Below are positions 29,850 to 39,599 of a stretch of 64,000 nt of DNA, one piece after another (positions within the stretch are counted from its first letter, which is position 1; every line of letters starts with the position of its first letter). The stretch spans positions 16,991 to 80,990 of the forward strand of contig JAXGPR010000002.1 in NCBI GenBank assembly GCA_040766895.1, read 5' to 3'. The DNA comes from Anaerolineaceae bacterium. GTDB lineage: Bacteria; Chloroflexota; Anaerolineae; Anaerolineales; Anaerolineaceae. The notes below the pieces were generated by a model, which ran no database searches, was not told the DNA's origin, and saw only the letters and a program-made list of their open reading frames with translations. A program made the position numbers and the translations under genes.

Positions 29850-30641
29850 TTAGCTTTCTATAATCGGCATCGTTATGAGGTGAAAAGCCAAGGTTTCCAC
29901 ATCGCGTGCCTTTTTAGAATCTCCTAACTGCTCAACAATTTCTTCGATGTGGGAGCGGATAACAGGGTCGTCCTGCAAATATTGATAGGGATCTAAATCC
30001 CCGGAGAAGATCTCTTCTAACCCCATACGGGTATATAGCTCACTGACCATCCCATAGCTCCATTGATCCGAAATCCTCAGTTCATCTGCCAAGTCTCGCC
30101 TGCCGATGGAGAAGATAATTGCCAGGCGAGCAATCTCTTCTTGCCGGGTAGTTAATCCAGAAAAGGTCCTGCCACGCAAAATCATCTTGTTGGGTGGTAA
30201 GGCAATATCATTTTGGTAGAAAGCTTCTTCAGCGCCTGGGGTGAGCACAAAATTCCCCTCGGAGGCAAAAGTTAGCGCCCATGCTAATGAAGTTGAAATC
30301 TCTTGTTTGAGCAGATAGCCATTGAGAAGGTTTGGATCAGTTTTTCTGAGCAAGCGAAAATTGGTATCAGAAGCAATGAATATCACTTTGGGATGGTTGG
30401 CTATTTGGGTTAGCTCATTAAGTTGTTGGCTATATCGAGCCCAGTCCTGGTTTGTATCCAAATCTACCAAGAGCAAATCTGGCTTTGGGAGCATCGGTTT
30501 AATCGATCTGGTGAGGTTATCATGCAGCGTGAGTTCAGCAATCACACGCGTGCGCCAATCGCGAACGAGGAGCAAACACATCCAGTTCTGTGAATAAATA
30601 TCGTCACTTACTATAGAAACTAAAATATCTTTGGACATCAT
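29850..30641 (-). CDS. Orphan response-regulator-like protein with a LuxR-like HTH region
   Basis: Receiver-like pattern IVSDD ... LLLVDLD ... FIASD ... GYLLK, followed by LTTRQEEIARLAIIFSIGRRDLADELRISDQWSYGMVSELYTRMG. No kinase gene is adjacent. Confidence 0.45.
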   Translation of the reverse strand: MMSKDILVSIVSDDIYSQNWMCLLLVRDWRTRVIAELTLHDNLTRSIKPMLPKPDLLLVDLDTNQDWARYSQQLNELTQIANHPKVIFIASDTNFRLLRKTDPNLLNGYLLKQEISTSLAWALTFASEGNFVLTPGAEEAFYQNDIALPPNKMILRGRTFSGLTTRQEEIARLAIIFSIGRRDLADELRISDQWSYGMVSELYTRMGLEEIFSGDLDPYQYLQDDPVIRSHIEEIVEQLGDSKKARDVETLAFHLITMPIIES

Positions 30642-30740
30642 TCCTCTCTAGTAATTATCCATCAAATTCCGGCGTACTTTCTTCAGGTATTATAATTACA
30701 AACACTTATTTTTTTATTGAAACGTCCTATGAGGTGAAAA

Positions 30741-31712
30741 ATGACACAAAGGGTAGCGGTCTTGACAAGTGGTGGTGATGCCCCTGGTATGAATGCAGCC
30801 ATCCGAGCAGTTGTTCGTTGTGGTGTGAGCAAGGGTTGGCAGATGTATGGCGTCTTGCACGGGTATCAAGGTCTTATTTCTGGTAATATCAATCAAATGA
30901 CCACACGCGATGTGGGTGGGATTATCCAGCGTGGCGGTACGATACTGGGGAGCGCACGCTGCCCAGAATTTATGACGGTCGAAGGCAGAAAACTCGCAAT
31001 TCGAAATCTAAATCAGGCTGGGATCGATGTATTAGTTGTTATTGGAGGTAATGGTTCCCAAACTGGTAATTATGAATTGCATCGTTTAGGCTTCCCTGTG
31101 GTTGGGATTGCCTCGACTATTGATAACGACCTTTCTGGTTCGGATATCACCATCGGCGTGGATACAGCCTTGAATATTGCTCTAGAAGCTATCGACCGCC
31201 TAAAAGTGACAGCTTCTTCCCACCAGCGGGCATTTATCGTCGAAGTGATGGGGCGCAAGTGCGGTTATTTAGCTCTTATGGCTGGCATTGCCGGCGGTGC
31301 TGAAGCCATCACTCTGCCAGAGGTACCGACTAATCCCGAAGAAGTTGCCCAAACTTTACAGCTTGCTTATGAGCATGGCAAATCCCATGCCATTGTGGTT
31401 GCCGCCGAAGGCGCCGATTACAACGCTGCTGCTCTGACGGAATTTTTTGTCAGCAACAAAGAACGTTTAGGATTTAGTGTGCGTTCGACTATCCTGGGAC
31501 ATGTACAACGCGGCGGCAATCCTAGTGCATACGACCGCACGCTGGCAAGCCGCTTTGGCTGTGAGGCTGTTGAAGCCATCGATCGGCAAGAATTCGGCGT
31601 CTTGGTAGGTCAAATGCACGGGAAAATTGCAACGACACCCTTAGAAGAAGTGGTTAATACCAAAAAAGAACTTGATCTGGAAATGGTGAAATTGGCTAAG
31701 CTTTTGGATTAA
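30741..31712 (+). CDS. pfkA: 6-phosphofructokinase
   Basis: VAVLTSGGDAPGMNAAIRAVV, TIDND, VEVMGRKCGYLAL, GHVQRGG. Confidence 0.9.
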   Translation: MTQRVAVLTSGGDAPGMNAAIRAVVRCGVSKGWQMYGVLHGYQGLISGNINQMTTRDVGGIIQRGGTILGSARCPEFMTVEGRKLAIRNLNQAGIDVLVVIGGNGSQTGNYELHRLGFPVVGIASTIDNDLSGSDITIGVDTALNIALEAIDRLKVTASSHQRAFIVEVMGRKCGYLALMAGIAGGAEAITLPEVPTNPEEVAQTLQLAYEHGKSHAIVVAAEGADYNAAALTEFFVSNKERLGFSVRSTILGHVQRGGNPSAYDRTLASRFGCEAVEAIDRQEFGVLVGQMHGKIATTPLEEVVNTKKELDLEMVKLAKLLD

Positions 31713-31713
31713 C

Positions 31714-32791
31714 CTATTTCATGCGTAAGTAAGCTTCCATAAAGTTATCTAGATCACCATCGAGAACAGCTTGCGTGTTAGACGTCTCGTAATCGGTACG
31801 GTGATCCTTAACCATTTGATATGGGTGCAATACATAAGACCGAATTTGGCTGCCCCATTCCACCTTTTTAAATTCGCCTTTGAGCTCTGATACCATTTCC
31901 TCGCGCGCTTGCATTTGTAGTTCAAAGAGACGGGAACGTAAAACCTTGAGCGCATTCTCTCGGTTCTGCGTTTGAGAACGCTCATTTTGGCATGTGACGA
32001 CCAATCCGGTGGGGAGGTGGATAATGCGCACAGCGGTCATGTTCTTTTGAACGTTTTGCCCGCCAGCTCCCGAAGATTTATAGACTTCGATGATGATATC
32101 GTCGGGATGAATCACGACTTCTTCGTTATCCTCCAGCTCTGGCAAAACTTCTACCAGAGCAAAGGAGGTATGCCGGCGATGGGCGGCATCAAAAGGGGAT
32201 AGCCTCACCAGGCGGTGAACACCTTTTTCGGCTTTGAGGTATCCATAAGCCATCTTGCCTTGTATTAAAATGGTTACCGATTTGATACCGGCTTCTTCGC
32301 CGCTGCTCCGGTCTAAGATTTCTGTTTTATAACCGTGCTGCTCCGCCCAGCGCAGATACATCCGTTCTAACATCTCCGCCCAATCTTGGGCTTCAGTCCC
32401 TCCAGCCCCGGCGTGGATGGCTAAAATTGCATTTCCTTTGTCGTACTTGCCAGAGAATAGCAGCTCAGTTTCTTTTTGCGCCAAGATTTGCTCAAGAATT
32501 TCAACTTGGCTTTCAATCTCCGTAGTTAAAGAGCCGTCATCCAGTTCAAGTAGTGATTTGAGCTCGTTTATATCGGAAGTCAGTTTGTGCCACTCATCGA
32601 TTGTGCTGTTCAGTTCCGCGATGGATTTCATAACCTTTTGAGCAGCTTCTGGGGAATCCCAAAATCCTGGTGCTTCTGCTTGTTGTTGCAGGTCTTGTAG
32701 TTCTTGCTCTTTTACGGCTAAGTCAAAGATGCTCCTGAAGTGCATGGCTTTGAGTCTCTAAGGCTTCGATGCGGTCAGATAAATCAGACAT
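31714..32791 (-). CDS. prfB: Peptide chain release factor 2, made by a programmed +1 frameshift
   Basis: Frame 0 reads MSDLSDRIEALETQSHALQEHL then TGA (32791-32723). The +1 frame continues DLAVKEQELQ... to 31714 and contains SGAGGQNVQK (GGQ) and the SPF motif (RLSPFD). Confidence 0.9.
32722..32736 (-). promoter_or_regulatory. RF2 frameshift site: AGGAG-CAT-CTT TGA C
   Basis: Slippery CTT followed by TGA C at 32728-32722, with SD-like AGGAG at 32736-32732, 3 nt upstream of CTT. This matches the known prfB autoregulatory site. Confidence 0.85.
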
Positions 32792-32805
32792 TTTTTACTC
32801 CAAAA

Positions 32806-33714
32806 TTAGCGTTCTAGGATGCCATCTACAAAGGCATTGCGGTCAAAAAGCTGCAAGTCATCCATTCCTTCGCCTAATCCAGCGTAAAGGATCGGGAGAT
32901 TGAGCTGGTGTTTGATTGCAAAAGCCATCCCACCTTTCGCAGAGCTATCCAGTTTTGCCAAGATGGCACCATTTAGGTCTACGGCTTGCTGGAATGCCTT
33001 GGCTTGCTGGAGCGCATTTTGCCCCGTGGTGGCATCTAAAACGATCCATGAATGGTGGGGGGCGCCCGGCAGGGCTTTGCCAGCCACACGGTAAACTTTC
33101 TTGATTTCTTCCATTAAGTTATAGCGCGTGTGCAACCTGCCAGCTGTGTCGATCAATACCACGTCCATCCGCCGCGCAATCGCTGACTTAATGCCATCAT
33201 ATGTTACCGCGCCGGGGTCACTGTTGGGCGTGGAAGTAATAATAGGAACGTCGACACGTTCGCTCCAAATCTCTAACTGATCGGCGGCTGCTGCCCTAAA
33301 AGTATCCCCTGCAACCAAGAGGACTTTTTTTCCCATCTTTTTGTAACGTGCAGCCAGTTTAGCAATTGAGGTGGTTTTTCCAGAACCGTTGACACCCGCA
33401 ATCATGATGACGGTAGGCTCTGCGGAAAGATCTGGTTCTTCTGGCTGATCTAAAAGATTAATTAATTCTTCTTTTACGAGTTGATAAAGTTGTTCGGTGC
33501 GCGTAAGCCCTTGCTTTCGCACTTTTTCCATGCAGTTCTCGATGATGCTGGATGTTGTTTCCACGCCTAAGTCAGCTTGGATCAGCAAGGCTTCTAGCTC
33601 ATCCCAGGAATCCTCATTAATCTCGGTAGTACCGAAGAAGTTCGCAATGCGCCCAAAGGTTACATTGCGCGTTTTGGTTAGGCTTTCGTGCCATTTATCA
33701 AAGATATTTGTCAT
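32806..33714 (-). CDS. ftsY: Signal recognition particle receptor FtsY
   Basis: NG domain: GVNGSGKTTSIAKLA, DTAGRL, AKLDSSAKGG. Confidence 0.9.
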   Translation of the reverse strand: MTNIFDKWHESLTKTRNVTFGRIANFFGTTEINEDSWDELEALLIQADLGVETTSSIIENCMEKVRKQGLTRTEQLYQLVKEELINLLDQPEEPDLSAEPTVIMIAGVNGSGKTTSIAKLAARYKKMGKKVLLVAGDTFRAAAADQLEIWSERVDVPIITSTPNSDPGAVTYDGIKSAIARRMDVVLIDTAGRLHTRYNLMEEIKKVYRVAGKALPGAPHHSWIVLDATTGQNALQQAKAFQQAVDLNGAILAKLDSSAKGGMAFAIKHQLNLPILYAGLGEGMDDLQLFDRNAFVDGILER

Positions 33715-33750
33715 AGGGCTTGTATTATAACGGAATGTTCGCCAAGACGG

Positions 33751-33960
33751 TTAAAGGAATAAGATTGTAATCACAACTAATAGGACTAGTAGTGAAGTAA
33801 ACCCTAAAGTGGAACAACCGCAACCTCGCAAAATGCCAGCTCCAAACTTTCTCTGCCTACCGCTTTTAGTTAATGGGATGCCTGTTTTTCTCGATATTCT
33901 CTGTTTGGCTTGCGTGATTCCTAAAGCCCGCTTCCAAGAAAAACCACCTCGGTTTGGCAT
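33751..33960 (-). CDS. Hypothetical small basic protein with a C-terminal TM helix
   Basis: 69-aa ORF between ftsY and rlmN. Arg/Lys-rich N-terminal half and hydrophobic tail LGFTSLLVLLVVITILFL. Confidence 0.35.
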   Translation of the reverse strand: MPNRGGFSWKRALGITQAKQRISRKTGIPLTKSGRQRKFGAGILRGCGCSTLGFTSLLVLLVVITILFL

Positions 33961-33984
33961 TGCTCTCCTAATCTTAGCTTATTA

Positions 33985-35037
33985 CTAATTATTATCAAAC
34001 GTTTTTTCAGCACTCGCGAGCTGACCACAGCCGGCTTGGATCTCAACACCGCGCCGTAATCGTATTGTTACAGGGATTCCATGTTCTTCGAGGGTAGCAG
34101 AAAATGCGTGCACTTTAGTTTTCGAGGATCCTTGCAGAGGGTAATTTTTACTCGGGTTAAGTGCAATTAGATTGACATGACAAAGCATGCCTTTTAATAA
34201 ACTGCTTAAGGCAAGTGCTGCCTCATGCGAATCGTTTACGCCATCGATGAGTGCATATTCAAATGAAATCCTGCGGTGAGTTTGCTCAGTATATGCTTTG
34301 CAGGCGGGAATAAGCTTGCTCAGCGGGAACATGCGATTGGCTGGCACGAGTTGACTGCGCAAGGAGTCATCGGCTGCATGCAAGCTAACAGCTAAGTTGA
34401 CTTGCAGGTTCTCCTTGGTGAATTGTTCAATCTTGGGAATAATCCCAACCGTACTGATGGTGATGCGCCGAGCCCCGAAGTTCATCCCTCGAGGATCCAT
34501 CAAACGACGCAACGAATTCATTGTCGCTTCGTAGTTTAGAAAGGGTTCACCCATACCCATATAAACAATGTTGGTTAGGTTTTGGTCTTCAGCCTTTAAC
34601 TTACGCATGAAATGCAGAACCTGGGCTAAGATTTCCCCTGAACTTAGGTTTCTGATAAAGCCCATTTGCCCCGTGGCACAGAAAACGCAGCCCATTGGGC
34701 AGCCAATTTGAGTGGAGATGCACAGGGAGTTGCGTCGCTCATAACGCATCAGAACCGTCTCAATGCTGAGGTTATCGGGTAGTGTAAACAAAACTTTTTC
34801 GGTTAAGCCGTCTTTAGAAAGCAAAGATTTCTGTACACGCAGAGGGTCGATGATAAATTGTGCGGATAAACTGTCGCGTAAGTCTTTGGGGATGTTTGAG
34901 AACTGCGCAAAATCGGCAAAGTAGTGAGTGTATAGCCCTTCCCAAAGCTGCTGAGTCCGGAAAGCCGGTTGGTCTAGCTCAGCAAGGGCGGCTGCTAACG
35001 CCTCAAAATCGAGATCGTAAATAAGGCGTTTAGCCAT
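33985..35037 (-). CDS. rlmN: 23S rRNA/tRNA (adenine-C2)-methyltransferase RlmN (radical SAM)
   Basis: Radical-SAM CPMGCVFCATG, MGMGEP, and C-terminal GCGQL. Confidence 0.9.
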   Translation of the reverse strand: MAKRLIYDLDFEALAAALAELDQPAFRTQQLWEGLYTHYFADFAQFSNIPKDLRDSLSAQFIIDPLRVQKSLLSKDGLTEKVLFTLPDNLSIETVLMRYERRNSLCISTQIGCPMGCVFCATGQMGFIRNLSSGEILAQVLHFMRKLKAEDQNLTNIVYMGMGEPFLNYEATMNSLRRLMDPRGMNFGARRITISTVGIIPKIEQFTKENLQVNLAVSLHAADDSLRSQLVPANRMFPLSKLIPACKAYTEQTHRRISFEYALIDGVNDSHEAALALSSLLKGMLCHVNLIALNPSKNYPLQGSSKTKVHAFSATLEEHGIPVTIRLRRGVEIQAGCGQLASAEKTFDNN

Positions 35038-35827
35038 AAACGAGCTCGGTTAAGTCTTTTGCAATTAAATCGGGTTGTGGCTGCCAACTTCGCGCTTTAC
35101 TTTCATCCGTCACACCAGAAAGCACAAGCCCTGCCAGACAGCCAGCTTTTTGCGCGCCGGCGATATCGGTCTCTAAGCGATCCCCAATTGCCATAATCTC
35201 AAGCGGAGCAAATCCTAAAGTTTGAAAGGCGAGTTCGTACATTGGCGTCTGTGGCTTGCCAATCAAAAGGGGCTGCATCTCCGCTGCAGTAGCAATCGCT
35301 GCAACACAGGCACCTGCTCCGGGAAAGAGCCCTTGGGGGGTGGGGAAGGTGGCGTCCATATTTGTGGCGATAAAATCAGCTCCCTGACGGATTTGCGTAG
35401 CGGCATTGCTTATTTTCTCATAGGTGAGGTTGGTATCCATAGCCACTAAAACAACTTGCGCTGAATCCCTTTCGGCATCATCGCATACCTGAAAACCGTG
35501 CTCACGGATAATATCTTTGAGCGAAGCAGAACCTACCACATAAACCTTGCTATTCGTCGGGTAGTGTTGTTGTAAATACTTAGCCGCCGCCATGGCGGAG
35601 GTGATGATCTGCTCTGGTTCAACTTGAACGCCAAACGAAGCAATTTTTTGTTGATACTCTTCGATAGACTTTGTTGCATTGTTAGTTGCAAAAACGACTT
35701 TTAAACCTAAATCGGAGATGCCTTTGAAAACATAAGGCAAATCTCCGATTGGTTTACTATCTTTCCAGAGGACCCCATCCATATCCAAGATTAATCCCTT
35801 AAGCTCAGGGAATTTATCTGTCAGCAT
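35030..35827 (-). CDS. HAD-IIA family hydrolase (NagD-like)
   Basis: LILDMDGVLW, ATNNATKS, IGDRLETDI. Confidence 0.8.
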   Translation of the reverse strand: MLTDKFPELKGLILDMDGVLWKDSKPIGDLPYVFKGISDLGLKVVFATNNATKSIEEYQQKIASFGVQVEPEQIITSAMAAAKYLQQHYPTNSKVYVVGSASLKDIIREHGFQVCDDAERDSAQVVLVAMDTNLTYEKISNAATQIRQGADFIATNMDATFPTPQGLFPGAGACVAAIATAAEMQPLLIGKPQTPMYELAFQTLGFAPLEIMAIGDRLETDIAGAQKAGCLAGLVLSGVTDESKARSWQPQPDLIAKDLTELVYG

Positions 35828-35854
35828 AGATCCTCCAGTATATTTTTGCTCTTC

Positions 35855-36463
35855 TTATTCTTTTTCCGGTGGCCGCAGCACTTTATCCACGATGCCGTAT
35901 TCAGCTGCCTGATCTGCAGTCATATAAAAGTCTCGGTCTGTATCTCGGCTGATGACCTCAATGGGTTGACCCGTAGCTTCAGCTAAGAAAGAATTGAGCT
36001 CATCTTTCAGCCGTAGAATTTCCTTCGCCATAATTTGAATATCCGTAGCTTGACCCTCGGCTCCACCTAAAGGTTGATGTAAGTGAATGGTCGCATGCGG
36101 TAAAGCGTAACGCTGCCCTTTGGTGCCGCCAGCTAAGAGGACTGTTCCAAAGCTAGCCGTTACGCCTACGGCAACCGTGCTAATCTTATTCGGGATCATT
36201 TGCATCGTATCTAAAATAGCCAAGCCTGCGTAAATCGATCCGCCAGGTGAGTTAATGTACATCTGAATGGCTTTATCCGGGTCTTCCCGGCTGAGATAAA
36301 GCAATTGAGCAACGACCAAATTAGCGATTTGATCGTTTATCGCTGTCCCCACAAAAATGATACGTTCCTTCAGCAGCAATGAGTAGATATCATACGCCCG
36401 CTCACCAGCTCCGGTAGCTTCAACAACCATGGGAATAACGGATTTAAATGTGTCTTTATCCAT
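35855..36463 (-). CDS. clpP: ATP-dependent Clp protease proteolytic subunit
   Basis: YINSPGGS, catalytic-Ser context [26 protein letters not shown]. Confidence 0.95.
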   Translation of the reverse strand: MDKDTFKSVIPMVVEATGAGERAYDIYSLLLKERIIFVGTAINDQIANLVVAQLLYLSREDPDKAIQMYINSPGGSIYAGLAILDTMQMIPNKISTVAVGVTASFGTVLLAGGTKGQRYALPHATIHLHQPLGGAEGQATDIQIMAKEILRLKDELNSFLAEATGQPIEVISRDTDRDFYMTADQAAEYGIVDKVLRPPEKE

Positions 36464-36539
36464 AATTTTCTTTTCTCCGTAATGTTTCTCAGAAGCTTAC
36501 CTTAGTGTTGTAAGAGAAATATCAAAATCTATATACAAA

Positions 36540-38018
36540 TTATGCTTCGCTTTCTGGTTCTGTTTCTTCTTCTGCAGCTGGTTCTTTTTCTTGTTCTGTT
36601 TGGATTTCCTCCGAGCCTACTTCTGATTGGTTGGATTGTTCCTCACGTTCTTCTGCTTGAAGAGATTCAGGCGCTGCAAGCCGGCGTAACTGTAGACGGA
36701 GGGCTTCTTCGAAGGCTTGCTCCGTGGCAAGAATAGAAACACTTTGAGTGAATTTTCTTTCGCCTAAGCTGCGCTGCACCTCTTCCAGTTCACCCGAGCG
36801 TATTAGTTCAGAAAGAACATTGCTAATTTGTCTCTCCAGTTCTTCCTTACTTATTTGAATATTGTATTTCTTTACGATTGCTTGCTTAATTAGGGAGCGC
36901 TCCAAACGATCGACGGCAGAGGGGCGTACTTCCTTCTTGATAAATTCTTCTTTATCGAGCTTCCGCAGCTTAAGATATAAATCGAGATTCATCTGTTGAT
37001 GTGAAAGTTCATGCTCCAGGTCATCTAAGACGTCCTCTACTTCTTTGGAGAGCACCTGAGGGGGATACTTAATTGAAGATTTTTCCCGAATCCGATCAAT
37101 CAATCCATTGTAGTAATTCTCATCATATTCTGCTTTTGCGCTTGTTTGCATGCTATTGCGAATGTATTCTTCTATCTCTTCACGAGATTTAAAGTCTCCC
37201 ATCTTCTGTAAGAAATCTTCATCAACTTCTGGTAATTCCAACCCTTTCACCGATTGGACTTTCACTTTGAAAATGACACGCTTACCGACCAGGTCCCCAT
37301 CTGGAGTATCATCGGAGAACTCATGCTCAATGTCGAGCTCGTCGCCAGCGTTGACGCCAATCAATTGCCGCGCAAACCCCTTAAAAGGCCACTCGGTTTC
37401 ATTCTGTTCTTTTTCTGTAGGAATGAAAACTTGTTGGGGGGTGGATTGAATAAGTTCTGCTTCCTCTCCTTCTTGGGCTTGGGCATTCACAGCGCTAAGC
37501 GTGAAAAAAACTAAATCGCCTTCTTTCGCTGGAGTATCAAGCGGAATAATGGTGCTTGCGTTGCGTCGCGCTGCGAGAAGAGTTCCTTGGACATCTTCCT
37601 CGGCGATTGTTGGTGGTTCATAAGGCTCTTTGAGGTCATCTAAATTGCCAAGTTCCACAGTCGGTTCGAGTGGAATCGTGAAAAAGAAAATTACAGAATC
37701 TTCAATTTTTACATCATCTAAGGCGCCCGGTCCAGAAGGTTTGATACCTGCTTCCTTGACGACTTCGGGATAAAACCTATCCACCATCAAGTCTATAGCG
37801 TTATTCATTATGGTTTCTTCACCCACATAGTTCACAACCATGTTATAGGGCGCTTTGCCAGGACGGAAACCAGGAATTCGGGTTTCCTTTGCTAATTGAC
37901 GAGCTGCTTTTCGCTCATAGGTTTCTAAAACCTCCGTATCAAACTCAACGGTTACTTTTGCCTGATGGTCTTCGGTAAAATCGGTTTGAATCTTCAAAAT
38001 ATGCCTCTCAACAATCAA
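36540..38018 (-). CDS. tig: Trigger factor
   Basis: N-terminal ribosome-binding motif IPGFRPGKAP, an FKBP-like middle, and a long acidic C-terminus. The clpP-adjacent position is typical. Confidence 0.9.
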   Translation of the reverse strand: MIVERHILKIQTDFTEDHQAKVTVEFDTEVLETYERKAARQLAKETRIPGFRPGKAPYNMVVNYVGEETIMNNAIDLMVDRFYPEVVKEAGIKPSGPGALDDVKIEDSVIFFFTIPLEPTVELGNLDDLKEPYEPPTIAEEDVQGTLLAARRNASTIIPLDTPAKEGDLVFFTLSAVNAQAQEGEEAELIQSTPQQVFIPTEKEQNETEWPFKGFARQLIGVNAGDELDIEHEFSDDTPDGDLVGKRVIFKVKVQSVKGLELPEVDEDFLQKMGDFKSREEIEEYIRNSMQTSAKAEYDENYYNGLIDRIREKSSIKYPPQVLSKEVEDVLDDLEHELSHQQMNLDLYLKLRKLDKEEFIKKEVRPSAVDRLERSLIKQAIVKKYNIQISKEELERQISNVLSELIRSGELEEVQRSLGERKFTQSVSILATEQAFEEALRLQLRRLAAPESLQAEEREEQSNQSEVGSEEIQTEQEKEPAAEEETEPESEA

Positions 38019-38035
38019 TTTTTAAGTAAATGCTG

Positions 38036-38117
38036 TGGGGAAAGAGAGGCTCGAACTCTCACGCGTTGCCGCACATGATCCTAAGTCATGCCTGTCTGCC
38101 AATTCCAGCATTTCCCC
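38036..38117 (-). tRNA. tRNA-Leu (anticodon UAG), long variable arm
   Basis: Reverse complement GGGGAAATGCTGGAATTGGCAGACAGGCATGACTTAGGATCATGTGCGGCAACGCGTGAGAGTTCGAGCCTCTCTTTCCCCA. Acceptor GGGGAAA/TTTCCCC and anticodon loop CTTAGGA. Confidence 0.9.
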
Positions 38118-38291
38118 TGGGAAATGAAATTATAAACAAGTCGGATATTCCCGTCAAACAAATTCTGAAAAGCAGTACTTTTGGTAATAGTTTCATATTT
38201 TCAGAGATTAGACAGAGAAGATTACAGAATTCTGGAAGGTGCTAAAATATCAACAATTTGTTCATTTACTACATATTTATCGGAGGTAAAT

Positions 38292-38732
38292 ATGCTTTCA
38301 CTTTTAAACATACCTGGCTTTCTTGGAACAAAGGCTTCGATGCTCTCAGATATTTCTTTAGTTTTATGTGCCATTTCGCTCGTCCTTTTTATCCTGGGTG
38401 CGGTCCAAGCGCGCTCGCGCAAATTTCGCCAGCACAAGGTAACTCAAACTGTAGCCATTATTTTGGTCTTCTTGGCGATCGTCTTATTTATGGCGCCAGT
38501 TTATACTCAGGATTACGAAGCAGCGGGCACCACGCCCTTCCTTCCGAATGGTTTGGTTGCACTGCACGCCGGGTTGGGTGGTCTCACGCTTTTGTATGGC
38601 ATTTATGTGACTTTGGTCGGTTATAACGTTTTCCATGCAAAAAATAAGAAGTTGCTTATGCAAATCGCTACCGTGCTTTTTATTATTGTGAATATCAGTG
38701 GCATCGTGATTTACCTCAATTTATATCTATGA
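38292..38732 (+). CDS. DUF420-like integral membrane protein
   Basis: 146 aa with 4 TM helices. The ATG at 38292 is preceded by GGAGG (atcGGAGGtaaatATG). Confidence 0.55.
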   Translation: MLSLLNIPGFLGTKASMLSDISLVLCAISLVLFILGAVQARSRKFRQHKVTQTVAIILVFLAIVLFMAPVYTQDYEAAGTTPFLPNGLVALHAGLGGLTLLYGIYVTLVGYNVFHAKNKKLLMQIATVLFIIVNISGIVIYLNLYL

Positions 38733-38746
38733 GATTGAATCTTCCA

Positions 38747-38786
38747 TAAAGCCCCACTCTCCTGAAGGAAATTCCTGCCTTCAGGA
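38747..38786 (+). terminator. Rho-independent terminator
   Basis: 12-bp stem ctctcctgaagg / ccttcaggagag followed by TTTATTT. Confidence 0.65.
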
Positions 38787-38858
38787 GAGTTTATTTACGC
38801 AATTTTGACAGAAGCTATAATAGATTAAGAATCCTTTTTCCAAAAAAGCTGTTTGCTT

Positions 38859-39590
38859 ATGGCTGAACAAATACGCATCGGCACTTCGGGTTGGCTCTAT
38901 AAACATTGGCAGGGGATTTTTTATCCTGAGGATATTTCTCAAAAGCAGTGGTTTGCGTATTATGCGCGTTCTTTTGATACTGTAGAAATCAACAGCACTT
39001 TTTACCATCTCCACAACGCGAGCGTATTCGAGCACTGGCGGCAACAAGCTCCAGGTGGCTTCTTATATTCAATCAAAGCCAGCCGTATTATTACGCACAA
39101 CCAGCGGCTCGAAGGCTGCCAGGACACATTAGAAACCTTTTTAAGCCGCGCCAGCCTCCTGGGGGAGACCTTGGGTCCTGTCCTTTTCCAGCTGCCGCCT
39201 AGTTTCTCGCTTGATCTCAGTCGGTTCGAAAGCTTCTTGGCTCTCCTGCCCCAGGGGTTTTCGTACGCGATGGAGTTCCGCAACCCCACCTGGTTGACGG
39301 AAGAGGTCTTTGCGTTGTTGGAGCGCTTCGGCGTGGCGCTCTGCATTCACGATATGCCCCCGCTGCAGGTGCCGTTACGCATTACCGCTAAGTTCGTCTA
39401 TTTGCGCTTCCATGGCGACGTTGACCATACTGGTGATTATCCTCTCGAGACGCTCGCGCTCTGGGCAGAGCGGATGAAAGCCTGGCAGCGCCAGGGACTG
39501 GCGGTTTTTGCATACTTCAATAACGACACCGGCGGGATGGCAGTGCGTAATGCACTGACGATTAAGCAGCTCTTGGGGCAGGGCAGCTGA
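38859..39590 (+). CDS. DUF72-family protein
   Basis: IRIGTSGWLYKHWQGIFYP...YARSFDTVEINSTFY is the DUF72 N-terminal signature. Confidence 0.85.
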   Translation: MAEQIRIGTSGWLYKHWQGIFYPEDISQKQWFAYYARSFDTVEINSTFYHLHNASVFEHWRQQAPGGFLYSIKASRIITHNQRLEGCQDTLETFLSRASLLGETLGPVLFQLPPSFSLDLSRFESFLALLPQGFSYAMEFRNPTWLTEEVFALLERFGVALCIHDMPPLQVPLRITAKFVYLRFHGDVDHTGDYPLETLALWAERMKAWQRQGLAVFAYFNNDTGGMAVRNALTIKQLLGQGS

Positions 39591-39599
39591 CCAGAGCGT

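Noticed and set aside
38036-38117. tRNA-Leu as the integration site of the GC-rich island.
   Set aside because: The tRNA 3' end faces away from the island, towards tig. Two low-GC genes and a terminator separate it from the compositional boundary near 39.0 kb. I saw no repeat of the tRNA 3' end near 43.5-45.0 kb.
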